Positions 32,004-42,444 of a stretch of DNA of 64,000 nucleotides are shown piece after piece (the stretch's first letter is position 1; every line of letters starts with the position of its first letter). The translations under genes and the position numbers were made by a program. This DNA is from an uncultured Lentisphaerales bacterium (GTDB taxonomy: Bacteria; Verrucomicrobiota; Lentisphaeria; JABSQK01; UBA12247), in the NCBI GenBank assembly GCA_943788985.1, contig CALSSJ010000004.1, positions 1-64,000 of the forward strand, given 5' to 3'. The notes beneath the pieces are model-generated. The model was not told the DNA's origin. It did not search any database and saw only the letters and a program-made list of their open reading frames with translations.

Positions 32004-32678
32004 TCAGGTGGACAGTTTACTTAGACGGTCCAGCGCATCCTCGTAGGAAATACGCCCCGAATCAAGAGCGTCCAAAATATCTGACGGCACGTTATCTATC
32101 GGCGCAGCAGCCGTTTCAGCCACCACTGGCTCCGGCTCGGGCGCGACTGGGGGAGGCTCAGCCTCGGGAACTGCCGCTTGGGGGACCGGCGCAGGTGTCA
32201 CAGGTGCTGGCGCTGCCTTGGCGTGCGGACGCGCTATGGAGCCGGCAATCTTAAAATTGGTCGAAGGCAGTGGCGCCAATGGCGCAACTGGCTGGCGACG
32301 GGGATTCTCCGTGTGCGCATCCGTCGGGCGGACAGGACGGAGAGTATCCTGAACGACTACAGGCCGAGTTGGCCGGGCTGCCGGTGTCGTGCCATCATCC
32401 GAGAGCTTCTGCTTGATTCCGGCTAATCGGGCCTTCGCTATGGTAAAGCTAAGCTCAAGCGCATCCCCTACGTCATCAAGTCGCCCTTCTGCTAACAAAA
32501 ACTCCTGTGCGAACGCGAGCTCCGCTCCGGTCAGCTTCGCGAGAGGCTCATCCTGGTTCGATTCTTCAGAGAAACTACCTTCCAGGCGGACGCCACATGT
32601 GGCGCAACCTAAGGCATGAACATGCAGAGTCCTTGCCTCACAGCATGGGCATTGACTGGGTCTCTTTTGCGCCTTCAT
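32004..32678 (-). CDS. DUF2089-family protein (Zn ribbon + HTH) with Pro-rich linker and SHOCT-like tail
   Basis: CPCC...CATC..LEGSF; FAQEFLL..G.L; ILDALDSGRISYEDAL. Confidence 0.75.
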   Translation of the reverse strand: MKAQKRPSQCPCCEARTLHVHALGCATCGVRLEGSFSEESNQDEPLAKLTGAELAFAQEFLLAEGRLDDVGDALELSFTIAKARLAGIKQKLSDDGTTPAARPTRPVVVQDTLRPVRPTDAHTENPRRQPVAPLAPLPSTNFKIAGSIARPHAKAAPAPVTPAPVPQAAVPEAEPPPVAPEPEPVVAETAAAPIDNVPSDILDALDSGRISYEDALDRLSKLST

Positions 32679-33785
32679 TTTGCTTTACTCTCCTGGATAA
32701 CTGCTAGAAAATCGGCTAAACTCTCAATTGTGCGGTCCATGAAGTCAACATTCTCGCAGTCGATATCCTCCATGGTAAATCCACGCATGACGCAGCCTTC
32801 AAGGTCGCAATTGTAGAAATTGCAGTTGCTGATCTTCATGTCTTCCATGGTCAACTTGCGTAGATTGCCGATTCCCTCACGGAGCCGGAACTTCACGTCC
32901 TTCAACGTGACTCGCCGAAACAGTGTCTGAGACTGGTTATGCCCGGAGAAACTCACGTGCTCAAATACAGCCTCGTCGAACTGAGAATTGTCCAGATCCA
33001 CGTTATTGAAATTCACATGACGAAATGTGGACTGGCGAAACAGCACGTTCTGCCCATCGATCCCGTTCATCGACAGATCGCGCAGCTTACAGCCTTTACT
33101 GATCTCAACCTGCGCGAGATTGGCGGAGTTGAATGAACAGTCGTTCAAATCAGAATCTTCCACCTGCCAGTCATCGATGCGGCTGCCGTTAAAGGAGCAA
33201 TGAATGACCTGCGTGCGCTGAACGGTCAGGCCACTGACATGTGCGCCAGTGAAAGAGGACTTCTCAAGCTGTGCATCCTGAAGGGAAATCTTGCTGATCG
33301 CAGCCCCCTTGATGGAACAATGCGCCATCCCGGCCGTCCACTATTTCCATTCCGTGAAACCGCGTCGCGCTGAACGTGTTGTTTGCGAACTCACCGCGAG
33401 TCAGCGTGATATCGCCGACATCGCTGCTGTACATCGAGTTGCCCTTGGTCGTCGAGTCTGAGCCTTCCGCCCCAACACAGGTTTCCGCCTCAAACGTGCC
33501 AGACTGCTGGCCCGCTCCGTGGTTGGAGAGCAAATCAGAAATCACCGTCGGCACACTCTTCAGCCCTTGGAGAGCATCGCGGAGAACGCCGTGCAACCCA
33601 GGCTGCGTCGTGGTCGTTTGGTAGGCCTCACGATGCAACTCATCTGGCGTCGCAGTGCCGGCTCCTATTCTCCCAGAAGATTTTTCATTCTCGGTGGTTA
33701 GGGCAGACAGCAACTTAGCGGTCTGATCATCGCTGATCTTCCCACTCTTGTTCATCTCCATGATCTTGCGAATCTTATCGTCCAT
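32675..33785 (-). CDS. Pentapeptide-repeat (beta-helix) protein with N-terminal SHOCT-like domain; frameshift ~33330
   Basis: MDDKIRKIMEMNKSGKISDDQTAKLLSAL; periodic SF.G/CSFN/L.N..F repeats. Confidence 0.7.
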
Positions 33786-33892
33786 CGTCCCTCTTTCCTG
33801 GGGTCATCGCGCGCCACTCTGGCAAAACGTACTAATAAACGCCCTGCCCGACGATTCAAGACAGATCACCGTCCTCGTCGGGACGTCACGAT

Positions 33893-35258
33893 TTAGAAGG
33901 CAACTCGAACGAGATAGCGATTCAACAGCCGTCGCCGGTGATCCAGCCTGTCCACGCGGTCAATCACTACGTCGACCCACGTCTCCGTGGCGGACACTCT
34001 GCAATGCCCGGGCAAGATGTTTAAAGCTGGCAACCGGCACTTCGCCGATACGCACCAGCACGTCTCCCCGCTGAACACGGCTGCGCGTCAGGCTGCTGTT
34101 TGCATCCAGCGACGCGATCACCAAGCCACTGCGATAGGGCAGCCCCAGCGCGGTCGCCATCCGCGGCGTCAGCTCCTCCACCTCAGCTCCCAAGCGCTTC
34201 CTCGCCAGGTCTTCGCCGCTCAGTACCGGCACCGGAATCACCGCCAGCGTCACCGTCTCGCCGTCGGCCAGTGTGAACGTCACCTCTTCCGACTCCTTGA
34301 GCAGCCACAGCGCCCGACTCACCTCGATCGCCCGCGATACCGGCGTGCCGTTCACTTCCAGAATCACGCGCCCGGTTTTCAGCCCTGCCGCTTCCGCCGG
34401 GCTATCGGGCAGAATCTCACCGATCACAACGTGCGACGTGCGCGCCCGCTGATTGAAACTCGTGCCCGGGACGATCCCCAACTGTGCGTCGCGGAAGCGC
34501 TCCGGCAACAACCAGCCACAGAGCACCCGCTCGATCGTCTTCATTGGAATGGCAAAGCTGATCCCCTCCGCTCCCTCGCGAATTGCCACACTGATCCCGA
34601 TCAACTCGCCATCGGCGTTCACCAAGGGGCCGCCACTGTTCCCCGGGTTGATCGCTGCGTCCGTCTGCAACAGCGACTCCAGAATGACCCGGCCGTCGCT
34701 TGCCAGGTTGCGGTCCTTGGCGCTCAGCACCCCGACAGAAACGCTGTGCCCATATCCCAGCGGATTGCCGACCGAGACCACGCGCTCCGCTAGAAACAAA
34801 TCGTCTGGCGCCGCAAACTTCACTGCCTGTAACAAGGTATCGGGCGGCACGTCTATCATCGCCAGCAACGCCAGGTCCGCATCCTCGTTTGTAGCCAGCG
34901 GCAGAGCGTCATACTCCTGCCCATCCGCCATGGTCACGATAATCCGCGTTGCCCGGTTGATCACATGGCTGTTCGTCAAGATCAAGCCACGACGATCCAC
35001 AATCACGCCGCTACCGAGAGACGGCTGCGAGCGTTCTCGTTGGCCGAGCAAAAATTGCATAATGGCGAACGGATCGTGTTCGTTCACGTGCGTGGTCACA
35101 GATTGCATCGTGCTGATATTAACCACGGAAGGCAACACTTCGTTCGCCGCCAGCATCTCCGCCGTCACTCGGCGCGTCTTCTTTTCCCCCTCAACCTGCT
35201 CCTCTGCTTGGAGCAGCAAAGTCATACTGCAAACAATCAACAAAAATTTATTAGCCAT
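33893..35258 (-). CDS. HtrA/DegP-family serine protease with two PDZ domains; frameshift ~33975
   Basis: LGSGVIV, LTNSHVI, DLALL, QTDAAINPGNSGGPL; DSPAEAAGL. Confidence 0.92.
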
Positions 35259-35340
35259 CAGTCATTGATCCGCGTCGGTGGTTGTGGTATCGGTAACGGT
35301 CTGACACCGTACTTTCCAACTGGCTCCCGGCGAATTAAAA

Positions 35341-36702
35341 ATGGCGGATTTTGGTTACTTCTACGAGCAACTGCTGAGCGAAGGCTTTTTTGTCTGTGAC
35401 CAAGAAGAGCCATACTTCCAAGAACTGCTGCTACAGGTCATCTGGAATGAGCAATGGCTGAATCAGCCGCTTCGGACAGTCGATGGCAAAGAAGTCGCCG
35501 TCCTGCATCAGGGCATCTGGAATGTCGAAGCCGGCCCCGACTTTCACGACGCAGCTCTGGTCATCGACGGCAAGCCACGGCGCGGCCCAATCGAAATTCA
35601 CTTCTCCCCCAAGAACTGGACGCAGCACGGGCACCAGAACGACCCCGCGTACGACGATGTCATCCTCCACGTGGTCTGGCGAAACCCCGAAGAGCTAGCC
35701 GAATCGCCCCCCGGCGTCCCCCTCCTTGTCCTGAAGCCGCAGCTATCCCGGCCCCTGAACACCATCGTCGACGAAATTGATGTCCGCGGCTATCCCTACG
35801 CGAACAAAGTGAGCCCCGATGACCTGGCCGCGCATTTCGTCCGCCTGTCCGATTCAGAACTGCTCGACTTATTTACATCCGCGGGCATTGCCCGGTTGCT
35901 GCGCAAAGCACGGGACATCAGCCTCCTGATCGAAGAAGTTGGCCTCGAAGAGACGGCCTATCGCATGCTTTGCGATGGCATGGGCTACAAAGCGAACCGG
36001 GCGCCGTTTGCGGACCTCGCAAAAGCCGTGCCGCTTGCCAGCCTCAGCGGCCAGTCCCCGCTCGTCGCCCAGGCCCTCCTTTTTGGTGCCGCCGGCCTGC
36101 TGCCGGATCCATCCCAGCACCCGATTCCCGCCGAACTCCGCGACTGGACCACCAGCCTCTGGCAAGAGTGGTGGCCCCGCCAAACCGGCGCGCCAGCCCC
36201 GACCTGGATCTCTGCGGGCCTGCGGCCCACGAACACCCCAGAGCGCCGCATCCTCGCGCTCACCCAACTGCTTGAGCGTACCGAATGGCGTCCGGGCAGC
36301 GCGATTCTGGACACCATTCTCAACAGCGAAAGTTCCGCTTCCTGCGTCCGTGAGCTGCGAGCCATTCTCACCTGTAAGGCCGAACCACCGTTCGATCGTT
36401 TTCATCATTTCACCGGCCTCTTGAGCAAGCCCACCGCGCTGGTCGGCACGACTCGCGCGGACGACCTGATCGTGAACCTCGCGATCCCTCTCTACTTCGC
36501 CTGCTGCTTCTTTCGCAACCGCGCCCTGGACTGCGAGAAAGGCAAGCAAGCCGTCCTGCGCATGCCCCGGTTGCAGTCAAATCGAGCTCTTGAAGAAGCC
36601 ATTCACCGTTTCTTCATTCCACCCAGCCGCAGCCGCGACGTCGTCCGCAGCGCCTGCGCGCAGCAAGGCCTACTGGGCTTGTATCGAGAGCATTATTCTT
36701 AA
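35341..36702 (+). CDS. DUF2851 family protein
   Basis: LLQVIW, GPDFHDA, IEIH...W..HGH..DP.Y..VILHVV, LGYK.N-like, RP.N.P.RR, QQGLL. Confidence 0.88.
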   Translation: MADFGYFYEQLLSEGFFVCDQEEPYFQELLLQVIWNEQWLNQPLRTVDGKEVAVLHQGIWNVEAGPDFHDAALVIDGKPRRGPIEIHFSPKNWTQHGHQNDPAYDDVILHVVWRNPEELAESPPGVPLLVLKPQLSRPLNTIVDEIDVRGYPYANKVSPDDLAAHFVRLSDSELLDLFTSAGIARLLRKARDISLLIEEVGLEETAYRMLCDGMGYKANRAPFADLAKAVPLASLSGQSPLVAQALLFGAAGLLPDPSQHPIPAELRDWTTSLWQEWWPRQTGAPAPTWISAGLRPTNTPERRILALTQLLERTEWRPGSAILDTILNSESSASCVRELRAILTCKAEPPFDRFHHFTGLLSKPTALVGTTRADDLIVNLAIPLYFACCFFRNRALDCEKGKQAVLRMPRLQSNRALEEAIHRFFIPPSRSRDVVRSACAQQGLLGLYREHYS

Positions 36703-36716
36703 CAACTGCATAGATC

Positions 36717-36865
36717 ACGCGATTCGTCGCGAGAGGGCCTAAAGTGTTTGGATTCGGCCAGTTACGGCAGTGATCCGAATGAGAGTGTCTCAAGATACAC
36801 CGAAATCGGAGAGCAAGGTAACTGGCCGAAGGTGAGCGCAGTAGGCTCTCGTACCAGAATCACGT
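36717..36865. ncRNA. Putative rod-shaped structured RNA (6S-like candidate)
   Basis: Nested complementary arms incl. perfect 13-bp TTCGGCCAGTTAC/GTAACTGGCCGAA with an 11x11-nt internal bubble; intergenic. Confidence 0.45.
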
Positions 36866-36898
36866 AACTTATAAAATGTTAGACACAGCGAGCGTATC

Positions 36899-37690
36899 AT
36901 GGCATTCTCAGCAGCAGACCTTCAGCAATTCGACGAGCAAGGCTACGTCATCTGCCATTCGTTCTTCAACGACAAAGAAGTGGCGGCCATGCAGGCGGAA
37001 CTGGCGCGCTTGGTCGCCGACGGCCTCCTGCGCAACGTGGCCACAGAGGGCGACGGCACCACCCACTCCACCACCCAATTCAACCTCCAGATCTGCCCGC
37101 TTGCGCCGCACTCAGAGGTCTTTCGCGCCCTGCCGTTCTGTACCAAAGTCCGCACCGCCGTCCACGAATTGCTGCGCGCAGACTTCCTGATCCATCTCGA
37201 CCAGATTTTTCTCAAGCCCGCCGGCCATGGCGCCGGCACTGGCTGGCACCAAGATGACAACTACTTCCGGACCGGGATTCCCACCGCTGGCACAGGCATG
37301 TGGATCGCCGTGCATGACGCCATGGTCGAGAACGGCACCATGCACATCGTTCCCGGCGTCCATGAAATCGCCCGCCCCCACACCCGCGACCTTGGCAGTG
37401 ACCACCACGTCACCTGCTTGGTCGATGAGAACCAAGACACCGTCATTCCCGTAGAAATGAAAGCCGGCAGCGCTCTCTTCTTCAACTTCGGCGTGCCTCA
37501 TTGCACCAAGGGCAACACCACCGAAAACGACCGCGCGGGCCTCGCGCTTCACTTTCTAAAAGAATCCTTCCGGGACCAAGCTGGTGCCCGGCTCAAGAAT
37601 CGCCCCAGCCTCTGGGGACCGGACTATGACGCGGGCCTTGCAGAATACGGCACTTCGCAGGACGGAGCCTGGGAGCAAGTGACCAGCTGA
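36899..37690 (+). CDS. Phytanoyl-CoA dioxygenase (PhyH) family Fe(II)/2-oxoglutarate enzyme
   Basis: FDEQGY, WHQD, WIAV.DA..ENG, PG.H, PHCT..N....R. Confidence 0.92.
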   Translation: MAFSAADLQQFDEQGYVICHSFFNDKEVAAMQAELARLVADGLLRNVATEGDGTTHSTTQFNLQICPLAPHSEVFRALPFCTKVRTAVHELLRADFLIHLDQIFLKPAGHGAGTGWHQDDNYFRTGIPTAGTGMWIAVHDAMVENGTMHIVPGVHEIARPHTRDLGSDHHVTCLVDENQDTVIPVEMKAGSALFFNFGVPHCTKGNTTENDRAGLALHFLKESFRDQAGARLKNRPSLWGPDYDAGLAEYGTSQDGAWEQVTS

Positions 37691-38235
37691 AAGTCCCAGC
37701 ACGCTGGACCTGGCAAGCCTCCCCATCGTAACTCCGACCAGGCTTGACAAATAATTGGTCCATCTCGAAACAATGACGAGCCTGGATAATTCATGCTAGA
37801 AGCATTCCAGAGAGAAAAACTACATGTGCGTCCGAATCAGGGAGAATGACACCGCCGCCAGAATCTGAACGAGTTTCGATTACGAATTTTTCGTGTGCCA
37901 AATATACGCAGATAGCCGTGCGTTCTGATTGGCCAGAAGAATCAGTGGACTGCATTCGCTATATCTCGTAGACGTTCAAAGTATTTTCATGGCTGCCATT
38001 CATAGTACTCAAAGGGCTGCCATTTCGTAGCAGGACAGTGTAGCGTCAAGCCGGACGCCAGCAGAGAGCTGATGTAGCACCAAAACGGAATCTGCCGTTT
38101 GTGCAAACCGAACCGGGACTGATGGAAGTAAAATTGAGATTAAGAGTCCACGGCGAGATGGCATCTCCACCGTTCGCCCACGTGGGCTTTATTTGTTGCG
38201 ATCTATGCTCTTGGTCTTCTCTGTGCCTTAAAACT

Positions 38236-39465
38236 CTATCTTCGTACCAGCGCTGCGAGAGCCTGGCGATCTGGCTTGAGGCGGCCCCGCTGGTTCTCGG
38301 GCCACGGGTGCCAGGCGACGGGGATTTTGTAGGCGGGCAAGACCTCGCATAGCTGTGCGGCCCAATTGCTGCCGCCCTCGACGAAGGCCACGGGAACTTG
38401 CCCGTACTCGGCGTCCGGCCGAGCCACCACGCAGGCGCGGCGCACGCCGGGCAAGCCCAGGATCGCCCGCTCCAGCTCCTCGGGATACACATTCTTACCG
38501 CCGCAAATCAGCATCTGATCCCGCCGGCCATGCACCGTCAGCGCGCCCGCCGCATCCAGCGTGCCCAAGTCTCCCGTGCGAAACCAGCCGTCCACCAGCG
38601 GCAGGGGCTCGCCCACATAGCCATCCGCCAGCATCTCGCCCTTTAGTTCGATCTCGCCCTCGGTGATGCGGACTTCGCGACCGGGCAACGGCAGGCCGGC
38701 ACTCACTGCCCCCTGTCCCAGCGGCATCATCGTCACGGTCGAGGCCATCTCGGTCGATCCGTAGCTTGCTGCCACCGGCCAGCCCCGCGCCAGCCCTTCG
38801 CCCCAAGCGGTCTCCGGCACCGCTGCCCCACCGATCAGGATCAAGCGCCCGGGCACACCGGCCTCAGTCTCCTCCGCCAACCAACGCACCAGCTGCGTTG
38901 GCACCACGCTCGCGTGCGTCACCCCAGCAGTTGCGATCTCCCCAAGTGAGGGCGGCTTGCCCGCCAGCACCACAGTCGCCCCTGAAACCAGTGCTCGAAA
39001 CAAAACCGCCAGTCCGCCCACGTGGTACAGCGGCAGCCCCAGCAGCCAGCGATCCCCCGCCGCCAGCGAAATCCGCTCACACATCCCTCGCGCGCTGGCC
39101 AAATGCCGCTGCGTCTGATGGATCACCCCGCGCGGTCGTCCCGACGAGCCAGACGTCTGAATCACCGTTCCCCCACCCGAAATTGCGAACTCCGCAGGAA
39201 GCGCCAGGCGTTGCGGAGTTCGCACATCCACGGGCATCACCGTGCCGCCAGCGGCCAGTCGGCCGAGGATCTCCAGCACTGTTTCTGCTCGACGTGTCGC
39301 CTCGATCACCGCGCAATCGGCTGGGTAGCCACGGCAAGCCTCCGCGAGTTCCGCCCAGGTCCAGGCGCGCCCAGACTCCAGCTCTAGTAGAGCCGGGGCG
39401 GCTCCGTCGGTCTGTTGCCGATGCTGCAGCAACTCGCTGACGCGTAGTCCGGGACGTTTGGCCAT
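38236..39465 (-). CDS. menE: O-succinylbenzoate-CoA ligase-like AMP-binding enzyme
   Basis: TSGSSGRPRG, LPLYHVGGL, SVVPTQL, YGSTEMAS, FRTGDLG, YGQVPVA. Confidence 0.75.
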   Translation of the reverse strand: MAKRPGLRVSELLQHRQQTDGAAPALLELESGRAWTWAELAEACRGYPADCAVIEATRRAETVLEILGRLAAGGTVMPVDVRTPQRLALPAEFAISGGGTVIQTSGSSGRPRGVIHQTQRHLASARGMCERISLAAGDRWLLGLPLYHVGGLAVLFRALVSGATVVLAGKPPSLGEIATAGVTHASVVPTQLVRWLAEETEAGVPGRLILIGGAAVPETAWGEGLARGWPVAASYGSTEMASTVTMMPLGQGAVSAGLPLPGREVRITEGEIELKGEMLADGYVGEPLPLVDGWFRTGDLGTLDAAGALTVHGRRDQMLICGGKNVYPEELERAILGLPGVRRACVVARPDAEYGQVPVAFVEGGSNWAAQLCEVLPAYKIPVAWHPWPENQRGRLKPDRQALAALVRR

Positions 39466-39531
39466 AGGACGCTCGTGCGCGTGGGTGTATCGGTACCCGG
39501 CAAAACGTTTCCCCACATTCAGAGCTACACT

Positions 39532-42444
39532 ATGCCAGACCACCCCGCTTCCCTGCATGGATTTACATTGCGAAGTACGCAAACCATAGCAGAGAGTGAC
39601 TCGATCGCACTTCTTTACGAACATACCCTGACCGGCGCACCCGTAGCTTTTCTGCTCAATGACGATGACAACAAAGGTTTTGTCATCGCCTTTCGCACCC
39701 CGCCATCGGACAGCACAGGCGTCCCGCACATCCTCGAGCATTCCGTGCTCAACGGCTCAGCGCGCTACCCCGTCAAGGAACCGTTTACCGAGATTATCCG
39801 CAGCAGCCTGAACACCTTTCTGAACGCGTTTACCTACAGCGATCGCACCGCCTATCCGGTCGCGAGCCGCAACGACCAGGACTTTCGCAATCTCGTGCGC
39901 ATTTACCTCGATGCGGTGTTCGCACCACTGCTGGCCGAGACCTCGTTCATGCAAGAAGGCTGGCACCACAAGCTGAATGACCAGGACCAGCTGGAAGTCA
40001 CCGGCATCGTCTACAACGAGATGATTGGCGCCTACTCATCGCCTGAGAATCAGCTGGCAGATGCGATCTACAGTCAGCTCTATCCAGGCTCGATCTACGC
40101 CCATTCTTCCGGCGGCAAGCCAGAGAACATTCCGGACCTGTCGTTTGATGAGTTCCTGGCCTTTCACGAGCAGTTTTATAGTCCCACAAACAGCCTTGCG
40201 GTCTTCGCAGGGAATGTTGATGTGGCCGAGTCCCTCGCAGAAATGGCCGAGTATCTTGTGCGGTTCGCCCCTGGCACACTCGCCCCCGTCCCGGCAATTG
40301 AGGCCCAGGCAGCCCCGGTCGTCTGCACCCTACCCTATTCCATCGGTGCCGACGAGGATGCCGCCCACAAGACTTTTGTCCAGCGCGCTTGGTGCACTGG
40401 CGAGTTGACGCCCGAGCAAGGGCTCGCCTGGACCATTCTCGGCCAGATTCTGCTCGGCTCAGCGGGCGCACCGCTGCGGCGCGCGCTTATCGAATCCGGC
40501 CTTGGCCAAGAAACGATGCATTGGGGGCTGGACGGCGACGTCAGCAAGCCGAACTTTAGCGTCGGCCTGAAGGGTACCGAGCCCGACAAGCGCGAAGCGA
40601 TCGAACTCAAAATCGATGAGACGCTGGCCGCACTCGTGGCCGACGGCATTGATACCTGCCAGGTAACCGCTGCGTTGAACACGATCGAGTTTCAGCTGCG
40701 CGAAGCCAACTACGGCGGTTTCCCGCCCAATCTGCACGACGGTCTGCGAGTCATCGGTGCCTGGATCTACGATGCCCCGCTGTTTTCCATGCTCGAGTAC
40801 GAAGCGCCGTTGCAGGCAATTCGCGACGGCGTGACCGCTGGCCGTTACTTCGAAACGCTGATCGAGCAGTCGCTGATCAATAACCAGCACCGGGTGACCA
40901 TCGTCCTCGCGCCAGACACCAAACTGGCCCAGCAACAGCAGGAAGCACTCACAGCCCGGCTTGCCGCACAACGCGCTGCCCTCAGCGACGCTGGCGTGGC
41001 CCGCGTGCGCGAACGCGTTGCGAAGTTGGAGCGCGTGCAGCAAACGCCAGACACCCCCGAAGCCCTCGCCAGCATCCCTGCCCTGCCCCGCTCTGCGGTA
41101 AAAACGCAGGCAGATGTGCTGCCATTTGCGATGATCGCAGACGACGGCCCACGGCTCTCATTCAGCGAGCGCAACACGCGTGGGATCGCCTACGTGAAAC
41201 TACGGTTCGACGCCGCGGCAGTGCCGCAGCCGCTGTTTCCCTACCTCGGGATCTTCGCCAAGCTGCTGCGTGAGACCGGCACTGCGAAACGCGATTACTC
41301 CGAGCTCTTGGCCGAGCTTGGCATCCACACCGGCGGCCTTTCCGGCGCGAGCGGAGCCAGCTGCAAGCTGGCAGACACCACAGCGGTAAACCCCGGCCTC
41401 ACGTTCGTGGGCAAGGCGCTCACGCACAGCGTCCCCCAAATGTTCTCGCTGCTCCGTGAAATTCTGACCTCGGCACGCCTGGATGACCTCGAGCGAGTGC
41501 GCGAAATCGTCCGCTCGGTGATCGCAAATACTCGCAGCGCAGTCGTCCCCTCTGGCAATCGCTACGCGAGCATGCGCCTGAACGCCGTGCACACCACGGT
41601 CGGCGGCTACAGCGAGGCGCTCTCGGGCCTGGAGCAGTTCTTCTTTCTCCAGCAACTCGAGAAACGGCTGGCGACTGAGCCAGACGCCGTGCTTGGCGAG
41701 CTCCAACAAGTGCGCGAGCTGGTTTTGCGGAGTTCGCAATGCCACGTCCATGTGACCGGTGGTGCTGCAGACCTCGCAGCTGTCCAAACCGAGCTCGCTG
41801 CGCTTGCCGCAGATTTGCCCGGCGAGGCGCTACCGGCAACCGAGTATTCGTGGACTGCCGCGCAAGCTGGCGAGGGCTGGATCCTGCCAGCAAACGTCCA
41901 GTATGTGGGCCAGGGCCTAAACCTGTACTCGCTAGGGCTGAACTACCACGCGGCCTTTTCCGTGCTTTCGCACCTGATCGATCAGGAATACCTCTGGAAC
42001 GCAGTGCGGGTGAAGGGCAATGCCTACGGCTGCTCGTCGCAGTTCGACGCGATCACAGGCCAGCTGAACTGCCTGTCCTATCGCGATCCGCATCTGGAGC
42101 AAACGCTTGAGGCATACGCTGGGTTGCCGGATTTTGTCCAGGCAGTCGATCTCTCTGCGTCAGAATACGACCGGGTACTGATTGGCACGATGGGCGGGCT
42201 CGACTCGCCACGCACGCCGGATCAGGAAGGCAGCCTGGCCTTTCGCCGCCACCTCATTGGCGTCACCCAGGAGCTGGTGCAACAGCGCCGCGATGAAGTC
42301 CTGAGCTCCACAGTTGCGGACTTCGCACGGTTTCAGGACGCGATTGCGGAGTTCGCAAACCGCGGCACAATCTGCGTCTTTGGCAGCCAAGAAGCGTTGG
42401 AGCGCAACAAGACGCGCTTCAGTCGAATCGCGCCCGTCCTCTGA
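39532..42444 (+). CDS. Insulinase family M16C (presequence protease-like) metallopeptidase
   Basis: TGVPHILEHSVL, FLNAFT, GIVYNEM, SYRDP. Confidence 0.93.
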   Translation: MPDHPASLHGFTLRSTQTIAESDSIALLYEHTLTGAPVAFLLNDDDNKGFVIAFRTPPSDSTGVPHILEHSVLNGSARYPVKEPFTEIIRSSLNTFLNAFTYSDRTAYPVASRNDQDFRNLVRIYLDAVFAPLLAETSFMQEGWHHKLNDQDQLEVTGIVYNEMIGAYSSPENQLADAIYSQLYPGSIYAHSSGGKPENIPDLSFDEFLAFHEQFYSPTNSLAVFAGNVDVAESLAEMAEYLVRFAPGTLAPVPAIEAQAAPVVCTLPYSIGADEDAAHKTFVQRAWCTGELTPEQGLAWTILGQILLGSAGAPLRRALIESGLGQETMHWGLDGDVSKPNFSVGLKGTEPDKREAIELKIDETLAALVADGIDTCQVTAALNTIEFQLREANYGGFPPNLHDGLRVIGAWIYDAPLFSMLEYEAPLQAIRDGVTAGRYFETLIEQSLINNQHRVTIVLAPDTKLAQQQQEALTARLAAQRAALSDAGVARVRERVAKLERVQQTPDTPEALASIPALPRSAVKTQADVLPFAMIADDGPRLSFSERNTRGIAYVKLRFDAAAVPQPLFPYLGIFAKLLRETGTAKRDYSELLAELGIHTGGLSGASGASCKLADTTAVNPGLTFVGKALTHSVPQMFSLLREILTSARLDDLERVREIVRSVIANTRSAVVPSGNRYASMRLNAVHTTVGGYSEALSGLEQFFFLQQLEKRLATEPDAVLGELQQVRELVLRSSQCHVHVTGGAADLAAVQTELAALAADLPGEALPATEYSWTAAQAGEGWILPANVQYVGQGLNLYSLGLNYHAAFSVLSHLIDQEYLWNAVRVKGNAYGCSSQFDAITGQLNCLSYRDPHLEQTLEAYAGLPDFVQAVDLSASEYDRVLIGTMGGLDSPRTPDQEGSLAFRRHLIGVTQELVQQRRDEVLSSTVADFARFQDAIAEFANRGTICVFGSQEALERNKTRFSRIAPVL

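Noticed and set aside
37700..38230. AT-richer intergenic stretch with TTGACA at 37744
   Set aside because: No convincing -10, ORF or RNA structure; probably a decayed fragment
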